Origin: Pseudomonadota bacterium
GTDB lineage: Bacteria; Bdellovibrionota_F; JAHFAK01; JBDREC01
DNA length: 64,000 nt
Assembly: GCA_043820105.1 (NCBI GenBank)
Contig: JBDREC010000004.1
Location: forward strand, 5,682 to 69,681
Direction of reading: 5' to 3'
This document shows, one piece after another, positions 19,163 through 29,038 of this stretch (its first letter is position 1; each line of letters opens with the position of its first letter). The notes beneath the pieces were generated by a model. That model saw only the letters and a list, made by a program, of their open reading frames with translations, was not told the origin of the DNA and made no database searches. Made by a program: the position numbers and the translations under genes.

Positions 19163-21856
19163 ATGCGTAAATGGCTATTTACTAAAGTTTCCTATTGGGC
19201 AACCGATCATCCAAAGAAAACAATTTTATTCTTTTCTTTATTAACCGTAGTTGCCTTTTATTTTACTTCACTATTGGAAATTAAAATTTATTGGGCAGAT
19301 GTTTTGCCAGAAAATGATGCAGCTAGTGCTGAGTTTACTAGAATAATTGAAGAATACGATGCTGCTTCTCAAATCATTTTAGTTGTTAAGGGTGATAATC
19401 TTAAAGAAATGAAAGCTTACGCAAATGATATTGAAAAGCCTTTGAAAAATGTTAATGGAGTTAAATCTGTACTTGTAAAAATAGAAGAGGACTTTATTGA
19501 TAATCACGCTTTAATGCTTGCAAAAACAAAAGACCTTGAAAATTCAAAAGAAATGTTTTCCAATTTATCACTAATCCCCTTGCTGGCTAATATTAATGAT
19601 AATCTAGAAAAGACCTATGTTTATAGTGATGATGAGGATGTTTTATCTAATAAAGAAAAAATAGATGGTGCAATTAATTCATTAGATGGGATTAAAAAGT
19701 TTCTATTAACAATGAAAGAATATGGAGAAGGCAAGTATTCTGATAATACTATGGCTATTGAAGCCGCTGATAAATTCATTGGTGGTGAAAAATATTTACT
19801 GTCTTATTCTCAAAAACATCTTTTAATTATGATTCAGCCAAGTTTTTCAATGGCAGATCAAGAGCAAAGTATTCTTACAGTTAATGAAATTCGCAAAGTT
19901 TTTGCTTCTATGAAATCAAAATATCCAAATATTAAAGCAGGGCTTGCAGGGTCTATTCCAATGGGTGTTGAAGAATTTGAAGCCATAATGGGTGGTTTTT
20001 GGTGGACGATATTTTTAGCTTTTGCTCTTATTATAGGGTTGTTTGTATTTGTTTTCAGAATGTGGATCGCTCCTGTGTTTGCAGGCATTACCTTAATTGT
20101 TGGTTTGGTATGGGCAGGAGCCCTAGCGAGAATTTTTGTTGGTTATCTTGATATGATGACTTATATGTTCGCTATAATTCTAATGGGACTTGGAATTGAT
20201 TACTTTATTCATTTTATTTCCAACTATACTGAAAACAGAAAAGCAGGTTTAAATACCAAAGCTGCCATTGAAATGACCTTCCAAAAAGTTGCTAATGGTA
20301 TAGCAACTGGAGCCCTCACTACATCAGTAGCATTTTTTACCTTAATGGTTGCAGCAACAAAGGGGATGAAGCACTTTGGTTTAATATGCGGTTTTGGTGT
20401 TATTTGTTGTATGCTGGCGTCCTTTACAATATTACCATCTTTAATTGTCTTAAGGGATAAAAGAAGAGAACGCTTGGGTTTAAAAGATAAATATTTAAAA
20501 GCTTCAAGCTTTTCCTTTCTGGGAAGTTTATCATATTACTATGGCAAACTAAGATGGATTGCTTTATCCATCTGCTTGCTTGTTACGGGTTTCTTTTTTT
20601 ATAGAACATTGAATATCGGTTTTGATTTTAATATGCTCAACCTTGAGCCAAAGGGTATGCCTTCAGTTGTCTTACACGATGAAATGATCGAAGAATTTGA
20701 TATGAGCCCTGATTATGCGCTTGTTACGGCAAGCTCTATTGAAGAATCAAGGCGCCTTGCTAACAGAGCAAAAGAATTTCCAGGTATTTCAGATGTGGAT
20801 AGTATTAGCAATTTTGTGCCTAATCCAAGCGAACAGGAAAATAGATCAAAAATTGTGAGAGATATACGCAGTGCTATTTTAACAAATAAAAAAGCTATAG
20901 AAATAGAAAAGTCTGATGCAAATATAATTATTTCTGAGCTTGATAGGCTTTGGATGAATATAACAGAAATGTCTTCATTGGCGTTTCAGTCAGGTCAAGA
21001 GCGCTTAGAGGAAAAATGCTATCAGATGGTAGCTAACCCAGAAAAGGGCGGATTTGATTTTATTAAAGATTTTCTATCTGCTTTTAAAGAAAACGAAGAT
21101 AAGTATTTGGCAGGATTCTCTGACTTTCAAAATGGGTACTTTAGCTTTTTATATGAAAAGATGTTAAAAATGGCCAACCCAGCAACCATAAGTTTAGAAG
21201 ATCTCCCTGCTTCAATTAAATCAAGGTATGTTAGCAAAAAAGGTGATAAGTTTTTGGTTAGTATTTATCCCAAAAATACGGTCTGGTCTATTGATCAGTT
21301 AAAATCATTTAATGAACAATTAATTGCCATAAGCCCAAGGGCAACAGGCACTCCACCAATGTTTTTAAGATTAATTGATCTTGTTAAAGTTGATGGGAGG
21401 AACGCCTGCCTGCTTGCATTGATTGTTGTGTTTATATTGCTGGTGATAGATTTTAGGTCGGCTTTTAAGCCACTTCTTGCTATGATTCCGTTGTTTGCAG
21501 GAGCTCTTTGGATGACTGGTATTTCTGAAATGGCAGGCATGATGTTAAATGTTGTAAATGTTATGGCCTTGCCATTGATTATTGGTATTGGGATCGATGA
21601 TGGGGTTCATTTAGTTCATCGTTATAATATTGAAGGACCTGACAATAAAATCATATTTTCAAGCACAGGCAAGGCAATTTTACTGACCTCTTTAACTACC
21701 ATGATTGGCTTTGGTTCAATAATTATCACTCCGCATCGTGGCATGGCTAGTATGGGTATTATCCTTGTTATTGGGGTTGGAGCATGTTTTCTTACTTCAG
21801 TTTTAATTCTTGCTCCTATATTTGGTATTTTAAAAAAATATTCTAACAAAGGATAA
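19163..21856 (+). CDS. MMPL/RND-superfamily exporter
   Basis: About 900 aa with two blocks of about 6 TM helices each separated by large periplasmic loops (GxxxD...PSLIVLRD). ATG 19163 with GGAG RBS preferred over 19151. Confidence 0.75.
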   Translation: MRKWLFTKVSYWATDHPKKTILFFSLLTVVAFYFTSLLEIKIYWADVLPENDAASAEFTRIIEEYDAASQIILVVKGDNLKEMKAYANDIEKPLKNVNGVKSVLVKIEEDFIDNHALMLAKTKDLENSKEMFSNLSLIPLLANINDNLEKTYVYSDDEDVLSNKEKIDGAINSLDGIKKFLLTMKEYGEGKYSDNTMAIEAADKFIGGEKYLLSYSQKHLLIMIQPSFSMADQEQSILTVNEIRKVFASMKSKYPNIKAGLAGSIPMGVEEFEAIMGGFWWTIFLAFALIIGLFVFVFRMWIAPVFAGITLIVGLVWAGALARIFVGYLDMMTYMFAIILMGLGIDYFIHFISNYTENRKAGLNTKAAIEMTFQKVANGIATGALTTSVAFFTLMVAATKGMKHFGLICGFGVICCMLASFTILPSLIVLRDKRRERLGLKDKYLKASSFSFLGSLSYYYGKLRWIALSICLLVTGFFFYRTLNIGFDFNMLNLEPKGMPSVVLHDEMIEEFDMSPDYALVTASSIEESRRLANRAKEFPGISDVDSISNFVPNPSEQENRSKIVRDIRSAILTNKKAIEIEKSDANIIISELDRLWMNITEMSSLAFQSGQERLEEKCYQMVANPEKGGFDFIKDFLSAFKENEDKYLAGFSDFQNGYFSFLYEKMLKMANPATISLEDLPASIKSRYVSKKGDKFLVSIYPKNTVWSIDQLKSFNEQLIAISPRATGTPPMFLRLIDLVKVDGRNACLLALIVVFILLVIDFRSAFKPLLAMIPLFAGALWMTGISEMAGMMLNVVNVMALPLIIGIGIDDGVHLVHRYNIEGPDNKIIFSSTGKAILLTSLTTMIGFGSIIITPHRGMASMGIILVIGVGACFLTSVLILAPIFGILKKYSNKG

Positions 21857-21859
21857 TTA

Positions 21860-22720
21860 ATGCTTAATGATTTTCTTGAGCTATTGAAGGTTCTTGCAAC
21901 CTTATCGTCTCTTCAGTTGTTGGTGCTATTATTGCCATTTGTTTTGTTTATAATTTTAATTCGCTTTTTAAAAATTGCGTTTGAAATTGTTTTTCCAAAG
22001 GTTTTTGGTCAAAGGCTGTATCTTTTATTTGCTTCAATTGGTACACCCATTCATGAATTAAGTCATGTTATCATGTGCTTAATTTTTAGACATAAGGTTG
22101 TGAGGTTTTCCTTGTTCAATCCTCGGCCAAATGGTACCTTAGGTTATGTTGATCATGACTGGAACAAAAAATCAATTTATCAAAACCTTGGTCTCGTTTT
22201 CATAGGTATGGCCCCAGCGATTTTTGGTTCAATATTAATTTATATTTTAATTAGATTTTTATACCCAAGTTTTTTTATTTTAGAAAGACCCTACTTTACA
22301 CTTAATGATTTAAAGCTTTTTCTTAATTATGAATATGTATTGAAATATTTCGGAATGATTTATGAGCTTTTTATTCTAAAACTGGAGTTTTTATTTTCTC
22401 TAGAAACTTATAAGAATTGGCAAATATATGCTTTAATATTTTTATTAATAGCAATTGGAAGTCATATCTCCCCAAGCAGGGCAGATTTTCAGGGATCATT
22501 AAAATCAAGTATTTTGATAATTGTTTTTGCTTTTGTTTTTATAATAATAATTAATTTTTTAAGTTTTTTTGGAATAATAAATATTTTACCCTTGCTTAAT
22601 AAAGCAGGTGCCATGACAAATGTTTTGTTGCTTGCTTCTATTGTAAATGGATTTTTTTTGGGGTTTTTATTTTTATTATATTTGTTGAAAAGATTATTCA
22701 TTCATTTTATGAAATGGTAG
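21860..22720 (+). CDS. Polytopic membrane protein with HExxH motif (possible membrane-embedded zincin-like peptidase)
   Basis: Multiple TM helices. IGTPIHELSHVIMCLIFRH carries HELSH. No family assigned. Confidence 0.35.
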   Translation: MLNDFLELLKVLATLSSLQLLVLLLPFVLFIILIRFLKIAFEIVFPKVFGQRLYLLFASIGTPIHELSHVIMCLIFRHKVVRFSLFNPRPNGTLGYVDHDWNKKSIYQNLGLVFIGMAPAIFGSILIYILIRFLYPSFFILERPYFTLNDLKLFLNYEYVLKYFGMIYELFILKLEFLFSLETYKNWQIYALIFLLIAIGSHISPSRADFQGSLKSSILIIVFAFVFIIIINFLSFFGIINILPLLNKAGAMTNVLLLASIVNGFFLGFLFLLYLLKRLFIHFMKW

Positions 22721-22745
22721 TGGCAAGCGCTTAAAGGCCTGCCAC
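22718..22745. terminator. Hairpin between convergent genes, possibly a bidirectional terminator
   Basis: gtggcaagcgcttaaaggcctgccac forms a GTGGCA/TGCCAC stem and is followed by aatattttt. Confidence 0.35.
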
Positions 22746-22759
22746 AATATTTTTAAATG

Positions 22760-25159
22760 CTAAATTTGGTCGATTGTTACAAGTCCTTCAAGATCATTTA
22801 TCCAGCCACCATTTATACCCATTGTTATGTTGGCAACAGGTGTTTGATTTCCATTTTCTTGTAGGAAATATGCTAAAGTACCACCTGTGCTAATACTATT
22901 ATCTTCGACATATCTTAAAAGTAATATAGGCGAGTTTTCAAGGTATGATACAACATTTGAGGTACTTCTTTTAAAAGTAATCATTCCATCATAATCGGTT
23001 TTTCCTAATCCAAGACTATACCAAGTTCCATTAAGATTAACCATTACTTGAATACTATGATTGGCTTCTATCTGTTCTCCTTGAGATGTTTGTAAATAAA
23101 AGCTTAAGTTCATTGAGTTGCTATTTTCAAACGCTTGAGCTATTGTTTTTCCTAAATTCAAGGAATCAATAATTCCGGTTTCAATACTGCTTATTAATGA
23201 AGCTTTTGGTATGCTTTGAGATAAATAAGTAAGAATAGTTCCTTCTGCATGGGTAGCTTTATCTTCAGTATGACGAATGGTTAAAATTTTATCAGCTGAT
23301 ATCATATCAATAAAATCGTTTCGATTGACGATGAAAGAAAAGCTTCCACTTACATCAACTGTTCCTGTATTATAATAAGAGTAATTTGATAGAAGTTCAA
23401 ATTCTGTGTTTTCTGTGTGGAAATCTCCATAGGCATCAGTCATTGTAATATTCAAGGTGAATTCAGATGAAACAATATTAACAGCCTCAATAGTTGTTTC
23501 TAAGGAGAGGTCATTTATTGATCCAGCGTTAAGACCAGCAAGCAATACAGCTAAAGACATCGTTTGTCCATTTTGAGCAACTGGAATCATTTCCATAACT
23601 GTTTCATCAACATATGTAGTTGGCTGGTCAATGTATAGAGTTCTTAAATCATTGCCATTGTTTATTAAATTAACCAATTGGGTTCTTATTATTTCAAAGT
23701 AAATTTTACCATCAACATCAGTTGTTTCTGTTGCTAAAATACCCAGATCACCGACACCTGCTATTCTTACTCTCATGTTTGAGCCTTCTTCAATTGGATC
23801 GCCATTTTGATCACTTAATGATAGGCTAATTGAAACATTTTCAGCAATTACAACACAATCATTATCATCATCGTCTATGTCTCCATCACAATCATTATCA
23901 ACAAAATCATCACAAATTTCAGTTGCTCCAGGAAATATAAGTGCATCACTATCATTACAATCATCTGCTAGTAAAAAACCATCAAGATCATTGTCAACAT
24001 CTCCGTTGTTGTTTCCGTCCAAATCATAAAAATATGAAAAAATATTATTGCTAGCCTGTGAAGCATCAGCTGCATATGCAAATGCTCTGTGTTCAATGAT
24101 GGCATCATCAATGCCATCTGGAATTGTGATTGTTAGGTTAGTAAAAACATTGTCCCCTGTTTGAGTTGTAATGTCTTCATCTTCAACAATATAACTTCCC
24201 TGTTGATCATCTGTTAATACATAAGTAATAACTTGAAAACTTACTTCACTAATGTCTTTAATATTATCAGTAATGAGGCTTGAAATCAGATTAAAACTAG
24301 CTGTTACAACTTTGCCTTCTTCTGTAACTTGACTGTTTTGAAAAGCTATTGTGTGATCATCAATTGTTACATCTAATTCTGTATAAATTAATTCTGTTTG
24401 ATAGGTATAATCATTTTCGGCCTCAATTTTTATTACTGTTTCTCCATTTGTGACTATTACGGTATGTGCATATGTGGAGGCTCCTTCCACAAGTTCGAAA
24501 TCATATTGTAAATCTGAGCTTGATTCTTCTCCTGTTGCTATACCATCAACATAATATATTAATGTTGAATTCCAATCATTTGATGGGAATATTATAGCTT
24601 CACCATCTTCCCAGATGTAGGCAGAAAAGGATTGTAAATTATTGTCATTAGCTGAATATGAGTATGCTGTTGTAAAATTACTAGGATCATTTGTGCCTTC
24701 AATACCTTTATAAAAAACAAACTCAGGCCCTTGAGCTGGTGAGGTTTCTGGTACTGTAAACGCTTGGCTGATTTCAAATGATTCGCCATCTAGTTCAACA
24801 GTAGCAATAATGTTTACTTCTGCCAAGGGTTCAAGTTCAAAATTTGCACTACCAATAAACTCTTCACCCACTAGCGAAAGGTCAAAAGATGTTTGCTCTA
24901 CGAGGATATTGCTTTCTAAATCTTCAACATGAATAAGCAGATCACCGATGTCTTGAGCATCATCAATATTTAAGATTTTTACAATAGAATTAACTTCTGT
25001 TAAGGTTTGAACAGCAAGACTTGATTCGTTAGTTTTTTCTGATAAAAAACTATCACCCTTATTTGAACTTGTACATCCAACGAGTCCTATTATAAGGATA
25101 ATAAAAAATAGACTTGAAATGAAATTCAAAAGTGTCCTGTACGTCTTTTCTTTTCTCAT
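22760..25159 (-). CDS. Large lipoprotein with Myxococcus-type Cys-rich 'putative metal-binding motif'
   Basis: Lipobox LVGCTSS. DGFLLADDCNDSDALIFPGATEICDDFVDNDCDGDIDDDDNDC matches the CxDxD...PGAxExCDxxDNDCDG repeat. Confidence 0.6.
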   Translation of the reverse strand: MRKEKTYRTLLNFISSLFFIILIIGLVGCTSSNKGDSFLSEKTNESSLAVQTLTEVNSIVKILNIDDAQDIGDLLIHVEDLESNILVEQTSFDLSLVGEEFIGSANFELEPLAEVNIIATVELDGESFEISQAFTVPETSPAQGPEFVFYKGIEGTNDPSNFTTAYSYSANDNNLQSFSAYIWEDGEAIIFPSNDWNSTLIYYVDGIATGEESSSDLQYDFELVEGASTYAHTVIVTNGETVIKIEAENDYTYQTELIYTELDVTIDDHTIAFQNSQVTEEGKVVTASFNLISSLITDNIKDISEVSFQVITYVLTDDQQGSYIVEDEDITTQTGDNVFTNLTITIPDGIDDAIIEHRAFAYAADASQASNNIFSYFYDLDGNNNGDVDNDLDGFLLADDCNDSDALIFPGATEICDDFVDNDCDGDIDDDDNDCVVIAENVSISLSLSDQNGDPIEEGSNMRVRIAGVGDLGILATETTDVDGKIYFEIIRTQLVNLINNGNDLRTLYIDQPTTYVDETVMEMIPVAQNGQTMSLAVLLAGLNAGSINDLSLETTIEAVNIVSSEFTLNITMTDAYGDFHTENTEFELLSNYSYYNTGTVDVSGSFSFIVNRNDFIDMISADKILTIRHTEDKATHAEGTILTYLSQSIPKASLISSIETGIIDSLNLGKTIAQAFENSNSMNLSFYLQTSQGEQIEANHSIQVMVNLNGTWYSLGLGKTDYDGMITFKRSTSNVVSYLENSPILLLRYVEDNSISTGGTLAYFLQENGNQTPVANITMGINGGWINDLEGLVTIDQI

Positions 25160-25435
25160 AAATTCCCCCTGAAAAAATAATTGATTAATTAATACACTAT
25201 GTTCTTTTAATGATCACTGTCTCCCTTTTAATACTTAATAAATTCATAATATGCCCCCCAGAATTATCCTTTGATTTTTCTGCTAAGAATTAGTGCTATT
25301 TTTGTGCCAATTCTTTATGGTTTCTAAAATACAAATAATATTAAGGTGTTGGTTCGCTGTTTGGGCTTATTATTTTGTTAAAAAAGAAGGTAAAAATTCC
25401 CTTATGTAAAATTCACCTTATGTCATTCAGTCAAA

Positions 25436-26224
25436 TTAAAATAGTGATAGGCATAAAACGGGTATAGTTTTCTCAAATGTAATATTTCCTTGATAATGGC
25501 TTAAAATAGCTTCAACTTCAGGATGTTCTTTATTCCCTTTTTGAGACAATGAATCAATTATTGCCTCTCTAAGCTCATTGTTATCTTTTTCATAATCTAG
25601 ATCACCTAACAAACTAATAAGAGCCTGACTTGCCTTGTCCCCGGAATTAAGCTCACTACCTAAGCTCATGGCAGAACTTATTCTGACAATTGGATCATCA
25701 TGTTTTAAACCTATATTAATCAAAGTGCTTTGAGCCTTTTCACCTTGATTATTAAACTTGCCCAGTGCAAAGGCACACTTGGCCTTAATGTATTGTGATA
25801 TATTTGATTGCATAGCTAATATTAGCCAAGCTTGTGTTTTTTCTGAGGCTAGAAATTTTTCACCAAGTAGTATTGGAACTAAAAATACGAACGAGGGATC
25901 TCTGTATATTAGTGCCCCACCAAGTCTATCAATTATTACTTCCTTTTGTTGATTGCTAATAATATTATCTATATTTTCACAAGCAGCTATGGTCTGTAAA
26001 GATGCAACAGCAGCTCTAAAAACAGCATCATCACTTGTCCCCTTTAAATCTTCAATTAAATTGTCTACATCTGGAAAGATATATGCATCGCTTTTTTGAT
26101 TTACATGGTTAGGGTATAATAATGAGTTTGTTAATAGAAGAAATAAGATAAGAGTAAGCAAGTTCGAAAGTTTCATATAAATGCCCCGCAGCTTTGATAT
26201 ATAACGCATAGCACAAGAGAGCAT
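25436..26224 (-). CDS. Secreted HEAT/PBS-lyase-like repeat protein
   Basis: Signal peptide. Repeated helical units with DPxVRxxAxxALG-like motifs (DDPIVRISSAMSLG). Confidence 0.5.
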   Translation of the reverse strand: MLSCAMRYISKLRGIYMKLSNLLTLILFLLLTNSLLYPNHVNQKSDAYIFPDVDNLIEDLKGTSDDAVFRAAVASLQTIAACENIDNIISNQQKEVIIDRLGGALIYRDPSFVFLVPILLGEKFLASEKTQAWLILAMQSNISQYIKAKCAFALGKFNNQGEKAQSTLINIGLKHDDPIVRISSAMSLGSELNSGDKASQALISLLGDLDYEKDNNELREAIIDSLSQKGNKEHPEVEAILSHYQGNITFEKTIPVLCLSLF

Positions 26225-26293
26225 TTTTTGTCAAGAAAAAGAGTTTATTCTTTTATGGAAAGTTGATTAATATAGATTATTTATTATCCTAAA

Positions 26294-26330
26294 TTTTGAA
26301 TTTTGAATTTTGAATCTTGAATTTTGAATC
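26294..26330. repeat. Tandem heptamer array (TTTTGAA)x5
   Basis: Directly visible, immediately 3' of the transketolase-family stop codon. Confidence 0.85.
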
Positions 26331-26331
26331 A

Positions 26332-28671
26332 TTATTCTGGGATATTTTCTCTGATGGTATTTAATCTCTGATCTCTTTCATTAACGAATTTTTCGATTCC
26401 TTTGAGGATCCATTCTGCTGAGATGTGTGCTTCTTCGCAAACTTCTTCAATTGAACCGCCTGATCTCCATTTATTATCCCAGTCTGAAGAAACAGTATAA
26501 GCTTCAGAGATTTTATTTGAAGTCCAGTCAGTTACTATTTCACGAGATCCGTTTGTAACTACCATTGAATCTAGCCATTCTTTATTAGATACGATTTTTT
26601 CCTGGTAGTCTTTGTCTTGCATTTTGAATAGCTCGTGACTGATTGCTGCAACTATCTTAACATTTATACCTTTAGCATCAAGCTCAGGTAAAATCTTTAA
26701 AATATTAGCAGTAGTGCTTGTTCCTTGAACAAATACAACACCATGTTTTTTGCCTTCTTTATAATCTCTAATTAAATATGCACCTTTAGCTGCTTCAAAG
26801 TGGCTTGCCATTCCAAGCTTTTCTCTGTCTGGAATTTCAATTGGAGGTCTGGTTAGGTGAAGAGCAATAATTGGAACATCAGTTTTCATGGCTTCAGCTA
26901 GAACTACTGGAACTTCATTATGTTCCCATGGGAATAGATTTAAAACATGTCCCTTTGGAAATAGCTTTGAAACTGCTGGAGAGAAAACACCAAAATGTGT
27001 TCTTGAATCTTCAGCTGTTTCTGGGCCTGAATGACCTGAGATCCAAATAGTTTTTCCAACTTTAAAATCACAGTCTTGAGCAAGTTGAGAATAAAGTCTC
27101 ATCATACCATATTTTAAATAAGAAAATGATCCATAAGTTGATGTGGCTGTATAAAATCCACTAAAATCTTTATAAGGATCTAAGGCAAAGTTAACTGAAC
27201 TCATTCCAACTGCAATTCCCGCATTTGCAAATTCAGTGATTTCTTGTGGAAGTAGTGCGCCTAAGTGATTGTCATCTCTATGGTACCAACCGCAGCCTTT
27301 TTTATCTTTGAAATCTTTTGCAAATCCAGAAATGTTAGTTGAATCTGATAAATCAGCAGATGAAACAACAAATAATGGTCTTCCATAATTTTCTTTGCAG
27401 TATGTGTTTACATAAGCACCAAAATTAGCAAGTCCTGCTCTGTTTGGTGATTGTGAGCCTGGTTTTGCCCATACTTCTTCAGGATAATTTTTATAATCCC
27501 AAATATTTTCATCATTTAATGGGTTTTTATCATCTTTAACTGCCACTGTGTCAATGCATTCAGGCACTGAATCACCAATTGCAACTAGAGTATCACAAAC
27601 ATAATCAAGTGCTTCTTGATTGTTTCTTAAAACATCTAGTGCTTTGTTAAGATTGTTCCATGTTTGTTCTTTTAAAGCTTCTTTTGATTCAGGGGCGCCT
27701 TGGCCAAAGCCATCAAAACTTACTTCATATTTGTCAGCAAAGTCTTTTTTTGTTTGCCAGTAAAGGTCTGAGTTTGTGGCATGAGGAGCTCCATGGGAAG
27801 CATTGTCATACTTATAATAGCCTCTTCCTTTTTGTGTTTTCATCCAACCAATATTTGGAACCTTATCATGGTTTTCACCCCAATAAAGTTCGACCATCAT
27901 TTTTGTTAATGGTGCCCAATCAGAACCATTATCTGATTGTGTAACTCTCCATCCGTGTGATCCAAACCAATCTGTTGGTGTTCCATAAACAACATCGCTT
28001 GTTCTGTGACCATCAATTCCATAATCATTCCAGTCAATAACAAAATAAAGATTGTCAAGGCCAAGTCCCCATGCTGAGTTCATTGTTTCATGAACGCAAC
28101 CTGGAGTTAAGCCGCCTTCCCCTTCAAAAGAAATAACCTTAACACCTTTGGCTCCTGACATTTTTAAAGCTAATGCAGCTCCAGCTGAGCCGGGTGCTCC
28201 GTGGCCTGATGGACCTGTATTAAATTTTAAGAACAAGGTTTTTCCTGCCATTTCAGCGTGACCAGGTAAGCCGCCGTGATTTCTAAATTCTAAAATATCT
28301 TCAGGTAAAACAACCTTATTATCTGGAACAAAGTATTTTTTGTCCCCAGTTTGTTTATATTTTGTTCTCATTGCATCAGATAGCACTGACATAACAGCAT
28401 ATATCATTGGAACTGTATGACCGCCTGATAAAATAAATCTATCAGCAAATGTTTTGTCAGGTTTTCTTATATCCCACTTCATTGCACCACTTAATAGGGT
28501 TGCAACAAGTGCATGTACTTTTGATCTTGAGCCACCTGGGTGACCACTTTGTCTTAAGTTTAATGCCATATCAATGACCTGATCAGTACAGTCTTTGACA
28601 ATTTCCCATTTGTCGAAATGCTTTGCGCATTCTTCATATTTTTGATTAATAAAATCACTATTGCATGTCAT
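26332..28671 (-). CDS. Transketolase-family protein, long variant of 779 aa
   Basis: SGHPGGS...DRFILSGGH (TPP-binding N-terminus). GEGGLTPGCVHE...IDWNDYGIDG parallels the E. coli TktA GDGCMMEGISHE...YDDNGISIDG block. Extra C-terminal region of about 100 aa. Confidence 0.7.
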   Translation of the reverse strand: MTCNSDFINQKYEECAKHFDKWEIVKDCTDQVIDMALNLRQSGHPGGSRSKVHALVATLLSGAMKWDIRKPDKTFADRFILSGGHTVPMIYAVMSVLSDAMRTKYKQTGDKKYFVPDNKVVLPEDILEFRNHGGLPGHAEMAGKTLFLKFNTGPSGHGAPGSAGAALALKMSGAKGVKVISFEGEGGLTPGCVHETMNSAWGLGLDNLYFVIDWNDYGIDGHRTSDVVYGTPTDWFGSHGWRVTQSDNGSDWAPLTKMMVELYWGENHDKVPNIGWMKTQKGRGYYKYDNASHGAPHATNSDLYWQTKKDFADKYEVSFDGFGQGAPESKEALKEQTWNNLNKALDVLRNNQEALDYVCDTLVAIGDSVPECIDTVAVKDDKNPLNDENIWDYKNYPEEVWAKPGSQSPNRAGLANFGAYVNTYCKENYGRPLFVVSSADLSDSTNISGFAKDFKDKKGCGWYHRDDNHLGALLPQEITEFANAGIAVGMSSVNFALDPYKDFSGFYTATSTYGSFSYLKYGMMRLYSQLAQDCDFKVGKTIWISGHSGPETAEDSRTHFGVFSPAVSKLFPKGHVLNLFPWEHNEVPVVLAEAMKTDVPIIALHLTRPPIEIPDREKLGMASHFEAAKGAYLIRDYKEGKKHGVVFVQGTSTTANILKILPELDAKGINVKIVAAISHELFKMQDKDYQEKIVSNKEWLDSMVVTNGSREIVTDWTSNKISEAYTVSSDWDNKWRSGGSIEEVCEEAHISAEWILKGIEKFVNERDQRLNTIRENIPE

Positions 28672-28690
28672 GTAAATACTCCGTATTTAA

Positions 28691-28754
28691 GTGGTAAGTG
28701 GTAAGTGGTAAGTGGTAAGTGACAAAGCTTACAGCTTACAGCCTACAGCTTACG
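28691..28754. repeat. Composite heptamer element (GTGGTAA)x4 + (GCTTACA)x4, reverse complement of the element at 13279-13340
   Basis: Directly visible. Lies 20 nt upstream of the transketolase start codon, that is, in its 5'UTR. Confidence 0.85.
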
Positions 28755-28823
28755 ATTATATATTAAATAGTGAATGGCATATAGTAGAAAAATAAATAGA
28801 TTGCAAACTAAAAAAGCTTTGTG

Positions 28824-28851
28824 GTATTTAGTATTCAGTATTCAGTATTCA
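28824..28851. repeat. Tandem heptamer array (GTATTCA)x4
   Basis: Directly visible. Confidence 0.85.
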
Positions 28852-28866
28852 GGATAGGAGATCCTT

Positions 28867-28959
28867 ATGAGGCGATTTAAAAAAATCTTAATCTTAATCC
28901 CAATCTTAATCATAATCCAAATCTCTATTTTATACGGATTGCCCAAAAAAGGTAGATAA
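28867..28959 (+). CDS. 30-aa mini-ORF encoding a signal-peptide-like sequence across an AATCTTA heptamer array
   Basis: TAGGAG RBS 6 nt upstream of ATG. Translation MRRFKKILILIPILIIIQISILYGLPKKGR. The ILILIPILIII stretch is encoded by the repeat tract. Confidence 0.3.
   Translation: MRRFKKILILIPILIIIQISILYGLPKKGR
28884..28925. repeat. Tandem heptamer array (AATCTTA)x6, degenerate, lying inside the mini-ORF
   Basis: Directly visible. The same unit recurs at 57507-57541. Confidence 0.8.
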
Positions 28960-29038
28960 GGTTATTGCTTCAAGCAAAGTTGATCTAAATGGAGAAATTC
29001 CCTTTGTTTTTTTTAATGAGAGTTCTTATGGAAATATT

